This document shows positions 36,681-45,743 of a stretch of DNA of 64,000 nucleotides, piece after piece (positions within the stretch are counted from its first letter, which is position 1; every line of letters begins with the position of its first letter). Origin of the DNA: an uncultured Actinomycetota bacterium (GTDB lineage: Bacteria > Actinomycetota > Acidimicrobiia > Spongiisociales > UBA5794); NCBI GenBank assembly GCA_963715255.1, contig CAVQRN010000005.1:9880-73879 (forward strand). The letters are read 5' to 3'. The notes beneath the pieces were generated by a model. It saw only the letters and a list, made by a program, of their open reading frames with translations, was not told where the DNA came from and did not search any database. The translations under genes were made by a program, and so were the position numbers.

Positions 36681-38237
36681 GTGTTGCAGCCCTACAAAGC
36701 CCTGTCGTACTCCGACTTCTCTGAACCCGCTCCGGCCGCTGCGTATCGTGATGCTCTCGACAAGGTGCGCAGCGAACTCGGCGTTCATGCACCTCTGGTC
36801 ATCGGCGGCGAACGGATCACCACGAAGAGGGTCATACGGAGTCTCGACCCGTCCCAACCGGCCCGTCTTGTCGGGACCGCATCGTCGGCAACGCAAGCAC
36901 ACGCTGTGGCCGCTCTCGATGCTGCATGGGACGCCTACCCGGGCTGGTCGAATCGGCCGGCTGCGGAGCGGGCGGAACTGATTCATCGAGTCGGCGATCT
37001 GATCGCCGAGCGGATCTACGAGTTCGCAGCGTGGCAGACATACGAGGCAGGGAAGAACTGGGTCGAAGCCGAAGCGGATGTAGCCGAGGCGATCGATTTC
37101 TGTCGCTACTACGCGCACCAGGCGCTTGCAATGGAGAGACCGCTTCCGGTTCACGCCTATCCGGGAGAGACCAACGAGTCATGGCTCCAGCCCATCGGCG
37201 CAGGTGTTGTGATCCCACCGTGGAACTTCCCGCTCGCGATCCTCGTCGGTATGACCGCCGGTCCTATCGCTGCAGGAAACACCGTCGTTCTCAAGCCCGC
37301 ATCGAACACCCCGCTCGTCGGGTGGGGCTTCATGCAAGTCCTCGAAGAAGCCGGGGTGCCGGACGGTGTCGTGAACTTCCTGCCCGGACCGGGTTCCGAG
37401 GTTGGGGACACCCTGGTCGACCATCCCACCACCCGGTTCATCAACTTCACCGGCTCCAAGGAAGTCGGGCTCCGGATCGGGGAGCGCTCCTCGAAAGTCC
37501 ATGAGGGACAGAAATGGATGAAGCGTGCCTACATGGAGATGGGGGGCAAGGACGCACTCATCGTCGATGAGACCGCAGATCTCGACGCCGCAGCAGATGA
37601 CGCGGTGCGGTCCGCATTCGGGTTCCAGGGCCAGAAGTGCTCGGCGTGTTCGCGGCTGATCGTTGTCGACGCCGTGCATGATGTCCTGGTTGACAAGGTT
37701 GTGGAGCGGGCGGCTGCCCTGATCATCGGGGCACCGACCGAGAATCGTCAGGTCGGTCCGGTGGTGTCGGAGGCTCAGCACCGCGCGATTCTCGAGGAGA
37801 TCGACCTCGGCAAGGGGGAAGGCACCATCGTCCTCGGTGGAGGATCGGTCGAGCAGAACGGTGGCTACTACATCGAACCGACGATCTTTGTGAACGTCGA
37901 CCGCGACGCACGCCTTGCTCAGCACGAGATCTTTGGTCCGGTGCTCTCCGTGATCCGGGCAGCCGACTTTGATGAGGCGCTCGAGATCGCGAACGGCACC
38001 GAGTACGGACTCACCGGCGGACTACATTCGGCCGACGAGTCCCGTATCGAGCGGGCGCGTCGAGAGTTCTACGTCGGCAATCTCTACATCAACAGGAAGA
38101 TCACCGGTGCATTGGTGGGAATCCAACCCTTCGGCGGTTTCAACATGTCGGGATCGAACGCCAAGGCGGGAGGTCCGGACTACCTGCGCCTCTTCATGGA
38201 AATGAAGACGATGGCCCGGCGGATCGAGTCCGCCTAG
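36681..38237 (+). CDS. pruA: L-glutamate gamma-semialdehyde (1-pyrroline-5-carboxylate) dehydrogenase
   Basis: GTG 36681 lies 5 nt after AGGAG. Aldehyde dehydrogenase catalytic motifs EMGGKD and FGFQGQKCSACSR. The N-terminal region is typical of PruA/RocA. Confidence 0.85.
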   Translation: MLQPYKALSYSDFSEPAPAAAYRDALDKVRSELGVHAPLVIGGERITTKRVIRSLDPSQPARLVGTASSATQAHAVAALDAAWDAYPGWSNRPAAERAELIHRVGDLIAERIYEFAAWQTYEAGKNWVEAEADVAEAIDFCRYYAHQALAMERPLPVHAYPGETNESWLQPIGAGVVIPPWNFPLAILVGMTAGPIAAGNTVVLKPASNTPLVGWGFMQVLEEAGVPDGVVNFLPGPGSEVGDTLVDHPTTRFINFTGSKEVGLRIGERSSKVHEGQKWMKRAYMEMGGKDALIVDETADLDAAADDAVRSAFGFQGQKCSACSRLIVVDAVHDVLVDKVVERAAALIIGAPTENRQVGPVVSEAQHRAILEEIDLGKGEGTIVLGGGSVEQNGGYYIEPTIFVNVDRDARLAQHEIFGPVLSVIRAADFDEALEIANGTEYGLTGGLHSADESRIERARREFYVGNLYINRKITGALVGIQPFGGFNMSGSNAKAGGPDYLRLFMEMKTMARRIESA

Positions 38238-38256
38238 GACGATCACGGGCGCCGGC

Positions 38257-39177
38257 CTACGGCACGATGTCGTAGGAATGTCGTTCGACGACGTTCTCCA
38301 GTTGATCCTGGAGGATGATCGTGTTCCCTGCTGTCGACCAGATCGCCGAGTCGGAGCACCAATGGAGAATGCCACCTGCGTTCGTTCCGCAGGCGGTGAC
38401 GACCTGGAGAGCTCCGCCCGCCGAAACCGAGGTCCCGGCCGGGAATTCGAGACGACGCTCGCCCGTTTCGTCCCTGACCGTCCACCCGGCGATGTCGACA
38501 CTGGTGTACGACTGGTTCACGATCTGGAACCACTCGGAGGCTAGGTCGGGTTCGTCTGCGTCGACCGGGACGAGACTGACGTCGCCGATCCGAACCTGCG
38601 GGCGGTCGGGGGAGACCCCGTCTTCTGGATGGCCGCACACGAACGTGCCCCACATGCCGTTCCCCGATGCGTAGGCCTGGTCTCCGCGTGCGAGAAAATC
38701 GGCCTCCATGAGGTGTCCACTGTGAAGCGGGACGGCAGCACCGGACGAGACGAGTGCTGCGTTCACGAGCACGGCCGGATCGCCCTCGATGAGCACGTAG
38801 CGAAGAGCGCGGCCTGCAGCGTCGGTGTCCGGGCCGTCGGAAGCAAGGACCACAGTCTGACCGATCGTGAGCGAGGCCAGGACCGTCCTGGATTCATTTC
38901 CGTAGCATTCGTCACCTTCGGGAGCATCGACGCCGATGAGACGGATGTCGATCCTCTGCCCGTCGACGACGGCCTGAATCGTGTCACCGTCGATGACACC
39001 GTCGACGGTCCCGCGAACGACCTCTTCTGCAGGAGGCAGCGTCACTTCGGTCGATGAAGGCGACGATTCCCCGGGCAGCGTCGTTTCGGATGATTCGTCG
39101 GTTCCGATCGAGGGGCCGGACGTGCAGGAACCGACGATGATCGCGAACGACAGGATGGCGGTGACGGTTCGGCGCAT
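38257..39177 (-). CDS. secreted lipoprotein: thermonuclease (SNase)-like domain plus lamin-tail-like domain
   Basis: Signal/lipobox MRRTVTAILSFAIIVGSCTS. SNase-like: VIDGDTIQAVVDGQRIDIRLIGVDAPE ... RALRYV. LTD-like C-terminus: EWFQIVNQSYTSVDIAGWTVRDETG..FPAGTSVSAGGAL. Confidence 0.7.
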   Translation of the reverse strand: MRRTVTAILSFAIIVGSCTSGPSIGTDESSETTLPGESSPSSTEVTLPPAEEVVRGTVDGVIDGDTIQAVVDGQRIDIRLIGVDAPEGDECYGNESRTVLASLTIGQTVVLASDGPDTDAAGRALRYVLIEGDPAVLVNAALVSSGAAVPLHSGHLMEADFLARGDQAYASGNGMWGTFVCGHPEDGVSPDRPQVRIGDVSLVPVDADEPDLASEWFQIVNQSYTSVDIAGWTVRDETGERRLEFPAGTSVSAGGALQVVTACGTNAGGILHWCSDSAIWSTAGNTIILQDQLENVVERHSYDIVP

Positions 39178-39295
39178 GGTGTTCGATACGGTACCGGTCG
39201 TCCACATTTGCACACGGCATTCGAGTGTCCGGCGCGGTTGAAGATTGGCCGGGCACTCCTACTCTGCGGTTGGCGAGAGCGAGAGAGGAGTGGTC

Positions 39296-39754
39296 ATGCA
39301 GATCTTCCCGGCGGAGGAGCTGGCAGATCGGGTCGGCATGGAGACCGGCGTATCGGACTGGCTCGAGATCGATCAGGACCGGATCAACGCGTTCGCCGAC
39401 GCAACGATGGACCATCAGTTCATCCACGTCGACCCCGAAGCGGCGGCTCAGACACCCTTCGGTTCGACGATCGCCCACGGATTTCTGACGCTCTCGCTCA
39501 CCACCCCCATGATGATGGAGACGATGGTTGCCCCCGACCGGATGGTGATGGCCGTCAACTACGGAACCGACAGGCTCCGCTTCATCGAGCCGGTCAAGGT
39601 GGGGAGTCGCATACGAGCGCGGACCCGACTCGTCGACGTCACGACGAAGGGTCCCGGTCGCTGGTTGCTGAAGAACGAGGTAACGGTCGAGGTCGATGGT
39701 GTCGACCGACCGGCACTCATCGTCGAAGCTCTCACCCTGTTCATCACGGCATGA
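39296..39754 (+). CDS. MaoC family (hot-dog fold) dehydratase
   Basis: ATG 39296 follows GAGGAG. DQDRINAFADATMDHQFIHVDPEAAAQTPFGSTIAHGFLTLSL. Confidence 0.8.
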   Translation: MQIFPAEELADRVGMETGVSDWLEIDQDRINAFADATMDHQFIHVDPEAAAQTPFGSTIAHGFLTLSLTTPMMMETMVAPDRMVMAVNYGTDRLRFIEPVKVGSRIRARTRLVDVTTKGPGRWLLKNEVTVEVDGVDRPALIVEALTLFITA

Positions 39755-40470
39755 ACACGGTTGTCCTCGTCCACGGCGCTGCGATGGACGGCACGGTCTG
39801 GCGGTACCAAGCGGATGCTCTCTCTCGAGCAGGATTCTCTCCCATCGCCGTTGATCTCCCGGGGCACGGCGGCTCGGAGGGTGAACCATCGGTGACGATC
39901 AGGGGTTACGCCGGTTGGCTCCTTGCGTATCTCTCCGTGTTGGACGAACCGGTCCATCTCGTCGGGCACTCCATGGGGGCACTGGTCGTTCTGGAGGCCA
40001 CCGGGGCGCGTCCGGATCGAGTGAAATCGGTCACGCTCGTCGGCGTTGCCGACCGGATGCCCGTCAATCCCGATCTCCTGACCGGCGCCGCCGCCAACGA
40101 TCTCACGGTGTCCGCCACGATGGGCTCGTGGATGCACGCTCGGCAACCCGTCGGTAGACCCGAATGGCAGGTCCGCGACACCGTCGCGATCATCGAGCGG
40201 TCCCGGCCGGGGATCGCATTCGCCGACCTCACGGCGTGCAACGATTACCGGGGTGCGGCCGCCGTCGCCGCGAATGTGTCCGTGCCGATGTTGCTGGTCC
40301 TCGGCGACCAAGACGTGATGACGCGGCCATCCGCCGCCGAACCGATCGCGAATGCAGCACCGGATGCAACGACGGTGATCGTCGAGGGTGCGGGCCACCT
40401 GCTGTTCGTCGAACGGCCGGATGTGGTGAATGAGGCGCTGGTGGGGTTTCTGAACGGAGTAGCGGAGTAG
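39751..40470 (+). CDS. alpha/beta hydrolase
   Basis: ATGA overlap with the MaoC stop. VVLVHGAAMDG ... nucleophile elbow LVGHSMGALV ... GAGHLLFVE. The stop TAG (40468-40470) lies inside the 8-nt repeat array. Confidence 0.8.
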   Translation: MNTVVLVHGAAMDGTVWRYQADALSRAGFSPIAVDLPGHGGSEGEPSVTIRGYAGWLLAYLSVLDEPVHLVGHSMGALVVLEATGARPDRVKSVTLVGVADRMPVNPDLLTGAAANDLTVSATMGSWMHARQPVGRPEWQVRDTVAIIERSRPGIAFADLTACNDYRGAAAVAANVSVPMLLVLGDQDVMTRPSAAEPIANAAPDATTVIVEGAGHLLFVERPDVVNEALVGFLNGVAE

Positions 40471-40540
40471 CGGAGTAGCGGAGTAGCGGAGTAGCGGAGT
40501 AGCGGAGTAGCGGAGTAGCGGAGTGGCGGAGTAGCGGAGG
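40455..40540. repeat. 8-nt tandem array (CGGAGTAG x ~10.5), reverse complement of the 36.1-kb array
   Basis: Eight perfect CGGAGTAG units are followed by CGGAGTGG, CGGAGTAG and CGGAGG. GCTACCG GCTACCG follows immediately after. The array sits between convergent gene ends. Confidence 0.9.
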
Positions 40541-40599
40541 CCAAGCTACCGGCTACCGGCTTCGAGCCTTGTGGCGTGGGTCATCAGCCCGACAACCGA

Positions 40600-41577
40600 C
40601 TACCGGTCTCCGAGCGCCAGATCAGGATACGCGAAGGCGGCGAAGCCGCCGCCGGTGTGCCAGAACACGACATGGTTGGCTGTGGTGAGTCGACCCTGCT
40701 CGATCTCTCGCTTCAAACCGTAGACGACCTTTCCCGTGTACGCCGGGTCGAAGAGCATGCCGGTAAGGCGCGTGGCTTCGACCTGCACAGCAAGCTCCTC
40801 GGGCGTTGAGAGACCGTATCCGCGCCCGATGTAGTCGCCGGTGATCCGCCACCGGGCCTCGCCGACCGACTCGCCGAACCTATCTGCGGCTGCGGATAGG
40901 AGCACCCTCACTCGCTGTTCGACCTCGTCCGCAGGGTCGCCGACCGACGATCCGACGATCTCGACGTCGATACCGAGTTCTTGCGCTCCACGGACCATTC
41001 CCGCCGTGGTTCCGGCGCTCGAAGCGGCGTGCCAGATGATCGGCCGTACGATCCCTTGGTCCTCGAGTTGCGGGGCAATCTCGTGCATCGCAGCGACGAA
41101 GCCCAGGGTACCGAGAGCATCCGAGGCGCCTTCAGGGATGACCCACGCACTGCCGCGAGCCGCGGCGGCCTCCTCCATGATCCGATCGCGGTCGTCGTAC
41201 TCGGCGGGTGTGATGAAGCGACACTCCGCCCCCGCAAGTCGTTGAAGGAGATGGTTCCCCGTTGTCGCTTCGGGTGGTTCCCCGTCGGGGCTTCGGAGGT
41301 AGAGGATCGTGTGCAGGCCGACTCGAGCGGCAGCGAGCGCCGTGGCCCGGCAGTGGTTCGACTGGACCGCTCCACAGGTGATGACGGCGTCGGCACCGGC
41401 ATCGAGCGCTGCGGCGAGATGAAATTCGAGCTTGCGAACCTTGTTCCCCGAGAGACCGAAGCCGGTGAGATCATCCCTCTTGACCCAGATGGTCGGGCCA
41501 CCCCACGCCGCGCTGAGGCGATCCGCCGGCTCGAGCGGCGTCGGGAGATGGGCGAGACCGATTCGTGACTGGTTCAT
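40600..41577 (-). CDS. D-cysteine desulfhydrase / ACC deaminase family PLP enzyme
   Basis: LPTPLEP ... WVKRDDLTGFGLSGNKVRKLEF ... CGAVQSNHCRATA. Confidence 0.85.
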   Translation of the reverse strand: MNQSRIGLAHLPTPLEPADRLSAAWGGPTIWVKRDDLTGFGLSGNKVRKLEFHLAAALDAGADAVITCGAVQSNHCRATALAAARVGLHTILYLRSPDGEPPEATTGNHLLQRLAGAECRFITPAEYDDRDRIMEEAAAARGSAWVIPEGASDALGTLGFVAAMHEIAPQLEDQGIVRPIIWHAASSAGTTAGMVRGAQELGIDVEIVGSSVGDPADEVEQRVRVLLSAAADRFGESVGEARWRITGDYIGRGYGLSTPEELAVQVEATRLTGMLFDPAYTGKVVYGLKREIEQGRLTTANHVVFWHTGGGFAAFAYPDLALGDR

Positions 41578-41720
41578 GCTTCTGACGCTATCACTTGTAC
41601 CTCTGGCGGTGTCGCGTAATCCGCCGAATCGGAATCGGTGACGAGGAGCACCGATCCGTGCAGCTTTGTCGGCTCGGGCGATCGCCTGATCGCCGGCGCG
41701 GAGTATGCGACACTACGGCC

Positions 41721-42512
41721 ATGCCTGAAGTCATCATCAACGACCACGAAGTCTTCTACCGCGAAAAGGGGAGCGGTTCTGTTGCGCTCTTCGTCCACGG
41801 ATTCCCGTTCGACTCGACGATGTGGATCGAGCAACTCGATGCTCTGTCCGACGTGCGACGGTGCATTGCGCCCGATCTGCGCGGTTTCGGTCGCTCTGCG
41901 CCGTCGATTCGCCCCGTGCTCACGATGGAAGATCACGCGTTCGACCTCGTTGCGCTCACCGATGCTCTCGGCGTCGAACAGGTCGATCTGATTGGACTCT
42001 CCATGGGCGGCTACATCGCCCTCGCGTTCGCAGAGCGCTATCCGGAACGGCTTCGCACGCTGGCGCTCGTCGACACGAAGTCCACAGAGGACTCCGTCGA
42101 TGCGAAGGCCGGACGCGGAGCCGCCGCAGAGCGGGTTGCCACCGAGGGGCGCACCGGGGTCGCGGCCGACATGGTCAGCGTTCTCGTCGCGGCGTCGGCG
42201 TCGAACTGGATCCGCGCCCGCTTGCGCACCATGATCGAATCAACGCCTGCCGAGTCCATCGTCGCCGCGCTCATCGGTATGAAAGATCGCCCCGATCGGA
42301 CCGCGGTGCTGTCGAGTCTCTCGGTCCCCGTCGCTGTGATCGTCGGGGAGCACGACATGCTGGCATCGCTCGCCGACGCTGACCACATGGCGGTTGCTGC
42401 AGGCGCTGCTCTCACGGTTGTGCCCGATGCCGGTCACATGGCGCCGATCGAGGTTCCGATTACCGTCGCGCAAGCACTGCGGACCCTCTGGTCCTCTGGT
42501 CGGGTCCGCTAG
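41721..42512 (+). CDS. alpha/beta hydrolase
   Basis: ATG 41721. LFVHGFPFDSTMW ... LIGLSMGGYIA ... AGHMAPIE. Confidence 0.8.
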   Translation: MPEVIINDHEVFYREKGSGSVALFVHGFPFDSTMWIEQLDALSDVRRCIAPDLRGFGRSAPSIRPVLTMEDHAFDLVALTDALGVEQVDLIGLSMGGYIALAFAERYPERLRTLALVDTKSTEDSVDAKAGRGAAAERVATEGRTGVAADMVSVLVAASASNWIRARLRTMIESTPAESIVAALIGMKDRPDRTAVLSSLSVPVAVIVGEHDMLASLADADHMAVAAGAALTVVPDAGHMAPIEVPITVAQALRTLWSSGRVR

Positions 42513-42543
42513 CCTCCGCCCGGGTCGAGAGGGAGGACCAAGG

Positions 42544-44466
42544 ATGGCCGACGCGATCGCCGAGTACGGAGCCGTCGACGACCGGGAATACCGGAGACGA
42601 ATCCGGGCATGGGCGATGTACGACTGGGCGAACTCCGCATTCGCCACCACCATCCTCGCTGCCGTCCTGCCGGTGTACTACAGCCAGGTCGCCGGTCGCA
42701 CCCTCGGGTCCGCCGCCCAGGCAACCGCGTACTGGACGGCGACGCTCTCGATCTCGCTGATCATCGTCGCGATCCTCTCGCCGATCCTCGGTACCATCTC
42801 GGATCTCAAGCGGGGCAAGAAGAAGTTCCTCGCTGCTTCCATCCTCGTGGGTGCGGTCGGGGTGTCACTCCTCGTCTTCGTTGGCACCGGCGACTGGCTC
42901 ATCGCGTCAGCAGCGTTCGTCATCGCCAGGATCGGGTTCGCGACCGGCAACGTGTTCTACGAGGCGCTCCTTCCTCACGTGGCTCACGACGAGGATCTCG
43001 ATCGCGTTTCGACCATGGGGTACGCCGTCGGCTATCTCGGAGGAGGGCTGCTCCTCGCCGTCAACATCGTGATGATCTTCACCCTCGGTGATTCCCTGGG
43101 GACGCGGCTGTCGTTCCTCTCCGTGGCGATCTGGTGGATCGTCTTCTCGATTCCGGTGTTGCGCAGGGTCCCCGAGCCACCCGCGGCCGTTGCGACCGGA
43201 TCCGGAGGGCTGTTCTCCGTTACGTTCAAACGCCTCGGGGAGACATTCAGCCACCTCCGCAGTTACCGCGAACTCTTGAAGTTCCTCGTCTCGTACCTGA
43301 TCTACAACGACGGAATCGGAACGATCATCGGTGTCGCCGTCATCTACGGCGCCGAACTCGGCTTTGGCTCGATCGAGTTGATCGCGGCGATTCTGCTCGT
43401 GCAGTTTGTCGGGATCCCGTTCTCGATCGTGTTCGGGAAGATCCCGTCCAGGGATGAATCGAAGCGAGCGTTCTTCCTCGCGTTCGTCGTTTGGAATCTC
43501 ATCATGCTTCCGCTCGTCGGGATCGGGAGCCAGTTCGTCCTCAGCGACGACGTCACGGGAACCAGGCCGCCGGCATATGAAGACACTGCCGCCGCCGTCG
43601 GTGAGGGTGACTACGCGGTCGACTCATCAGCCGTGGCGCTCGAAGGTGTATGGGAGACGGACGGTGAGTACGCAGGCACCTACGATGCCGGTGCGATCTA
43701 TTCGCTGGCGTACAACGGCACCAAGGTGCGGGTGCACTACAGCGAGGGACCGGATCGAGGCGAATGGGCGGTGCTCATCGACGGTTCGGCAGTGATCGAA
43801 GATGACGAACCGGTCGTCATCGACGGCTACAACCTCGCGGTCCACGAAGGTGTGGACATCGATATCGCGGCGACGGAAGCCGGAGAGCATCTCCTCGAGA
43901 TCGTCAACACCGGCGAAGCGGACGAAGCCTCGTCCGGCACGGCCATGGTCATCGGTGAGGCCACGGTGATGGAGCCACCGAGGACAAGTGATCTTCTCGC
44001 GATCCTGGGCTTGCTGTTCGTGGTTGAAGTGGTTGGACTCGCAGTAGCAGTCGTGCTCGGAGGTCCGCTCTTCTCAGGACGTGCCGACACGATGACCACG
44101 AAGCGCACGATCATCCTCGCCCTGATCGTCTACTCGGCGATCGCCATCTGGGGGTTCTTCCTTGACAGCGTCGTCGAGTTCTGGTTCCTGGCGTTCATGG
44201 TCGCCGTTGTCCAGGGCGGCTCTCAGGCCCTCAGTCGGAGTCTCTATGCCTCGATGGCGCCGAAGGCCCTGTCTGGCGAGTTCTTCGGGTTCTTCTCTGT
44301 CATGTCGAAGTTCTCGGCGATCCTTGGACCGCTGCTCTTCGTCGGCGCCGTCACCCTGTTCGGATCATCGAGGCCAGCAGTCCTCGGGTTGATCGTGTTC
44401 TTCGTAGTCGGGATCTACCTCCTGACCCGTGTCGACGAGACCGAAGGCCGCCGGGTGGCGCGCTGA
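42544..44466 (+). CDS. MFS transporter (UMF1/Atg22-like) with a ~150-aa soluble insert between late TM helices
   Basis: ATG 42544 follows GAGGGAGG. RIRAWAMYDWANSAFATTILAAVLPVYY is typical of UMF1. A non-hydrophobic, beta-rich insert is encoded at about 43543-43987. Confidence 0.8.
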   Translation: MADAIAEYGAVDDREYRRRIRAWAMYDWANSAFATTILAAVLPVYYSQVAGRTLGSAAQATAYWTATLSISLIIVAILSPILGTISDLKRGKKKFLAASILVGAVGVSLLVFVGTGDWLIASAAFVIARIGFATGNVFYEALLPHVAHDEDLDRVSTMGYAVGYLGGGLLLAVNIVMIFTLGDSLGTRLSFLSVAIWWIVFSIPVLRRVPEPPAAVATGSGGLFSVTFKRLGETFSHLRSYRELLKFLVSYLIYNDGIGTIIGVAVIYGAELGFGSIELIAAILLVQFVGIPFSIVFGKIPSRDESKRAFFLAFVVWNLIMLPLVGIGSQFVLSDDVTGTRPPAYEDTAAAVGEGDYAVDSSAVALEGVWETDGEYAGTYDAGAIYSLAYNGTKVRVHYSEGPDRGEWAVLIDGSAVIEDDEPVVIDGYNLAVHEGVDIDIAATEAGEHLLEIVNTGEADEASSGTAMVIGEATVMEPPRTSDLLAILGLLFVVEVVGLAVAVVLGGPLFSGRADTMTTKRTIILALIVYSAIAIWGFFLDSVVEFWFLAFMVAVVQGGSQALSRSLYASMAPKALSGEFFGFFSVMSKFSAILGPLLFVGAVTLFGSSRPAVLGLIVFFVVGIYLLTRVDETEGRRVAR

Positions 44467-44513
44467 AGCCGATGACGCGGCAGCTGCCGCGGGCATCATC
44501 GAGGCTGGCTGAC

Positions 44514-45743
44514 ATGAGACGTCCGACCATCGCGATCGCGATTGTCGTGTTGGCCGCTGCTTCGTGCGGCGGCGAATCGTCACCGGTGTCCGTTCCGGCC
44601 TCTTCTCCCACGGTGGCTCCGTCATCAACGTCGACAGCCGCCGTCGGTGAAGCGACGACGACCACGCTCGCCCCTGAGCAGACGCCAACAACGACGCTAC
44701 CGCTCGAGGATACGATTCTGCGTCTTGAGGCGGTGGCCGATGGATTCGAACAACCGGTCTTCTACACCACGGTTGGCGATCGCGGCTATGTCGTGGACCA
44801 GCCGGGCGTGATTTGGACGATTGTCTCCGGCGAGGACCCCTCGATGTTCCTGGACATACGTGATCGGGTGCGATTCAGCGGCGAGCAAGGCCTCCTCGGC
44901 CTCGCGTTCCACCCCGAATATCCAGACCGGCTCTACGTGGATTACACCGCGAGCGACGGTCGAACGGTCGTTTCGGAGTTCACCGTCGGCGCGGACTCGC
45001 GGACCGCTGATCCGGCTACCGAGCGTGTGTTGCTTGAGATCGAACAGCCGGCTGCGAACCACAACGGCGGCATGATCGCCTTCGGGCCCGAGGGATACCT
45101 GTGGATCGGCATGGGTGACGGCGGGGCCTCAAACGACAAGTTCGGAAACGGACAACGTGAAGACACGCTGCTCGGAGCGATGCTCCGGATCGTGGTCGGA
45201 CCAGATGTCATTCCTTACGGGGTCGCCGAGGACTACGGCTTCGCAGCGGCCGAGGTGTGGGCGATCGGACTTCGGAATCCGTGGAGGTTCTCTTTCGATG
45301 GTGAGGATCTGTGGATAGCCGACGTCGGCCAAGGCGATGTCGAAGAGATCAACCGAGTGTCGGCGGAGGACACGATGGTCAACTACGGCTGGCCCATCTA
45401 TGAAGGGAGCGAGTGTTTCGCCGGGCCGTGCACCGGAGTGGACTCGTCGGGTCGTGCACTTACCGGACCCGTTCACGAGTATCGACACGACGAAGGTTGT
45501 TCGATCACCGGCGGCTACGTGTACCGGGGGGATGCGATCCCGCAGCTCGATGGTCACTACTTCTTCTCGGACTGGTGCACCGGGTTCATCCGCTCGATCG
45601 CACCCGACGGATCGGTGCACGACTGGACGGACGGTACCGGGACCGTTCCCGCCGTATCTTCATTCGGACGAGATGACAACGGCGAGATCTACGTCGTCTC
45701 CAGTACCGGCACCGTCTACCGAATCGCGGAGGATCGCGAATGA
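44514..45743 (+). CDS. PQQ-dependent sugar (glucose/sorbosone) dehydrogenase-like lipoprotein
   Basis: Lipobox VVLAAASCGG. GLLGLAFHP ... HNGGMIAFGPEGYLWIGMGDGG ... LLGAMLRI ... WAIGLRNPWRFSFD. Confidence 0.8.
   Translation: MRRPTIAIAIVVLAAASCGGESSPVSVPASSPTVAPSSTSTAAVGEATTTTLAPEQTPTTTLPLEDTILRLEAVADGFEQPVFYTTVGDRGYVVDQPGVIWTIVSGEDPSMFLDIRDRVRFSGEQGLLGLAFHPEYPDRLYVDYTASDGRTVVSEFTVGADSRTADPATERVLLEIEQPAANHNGGMIAFGPEGYLWIGMGDGGASNDKFGNGQREDTLLGAMLRIVVGPDVIPYGVAEDYGFAAAEVWAIGLRNPWRFSFDGEDLWIADVGQGDVEEINRVSAEDTMVNYGWPIYEGSECFAGPCTGVDSSGRALTGPVHEYRHDEGCSITGGYVYRGDAIPQLDGHYFFSDWCTGFIRSIAPDGSVHDWTDGTGTVPAVSSFGRDDNGEIYVVSSTGTVYRIAEDRE

Noticed and set aside
36087-40540. Transposon or mobile cassette bounded by the inverted arrays.
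   Set aside because: No transposase, integrase or recombinase lies inside or next to the block. Its genes are ordinary metabolic genes with the same GC and codon style as the flanks. I keep it as a finding about the repeats only.
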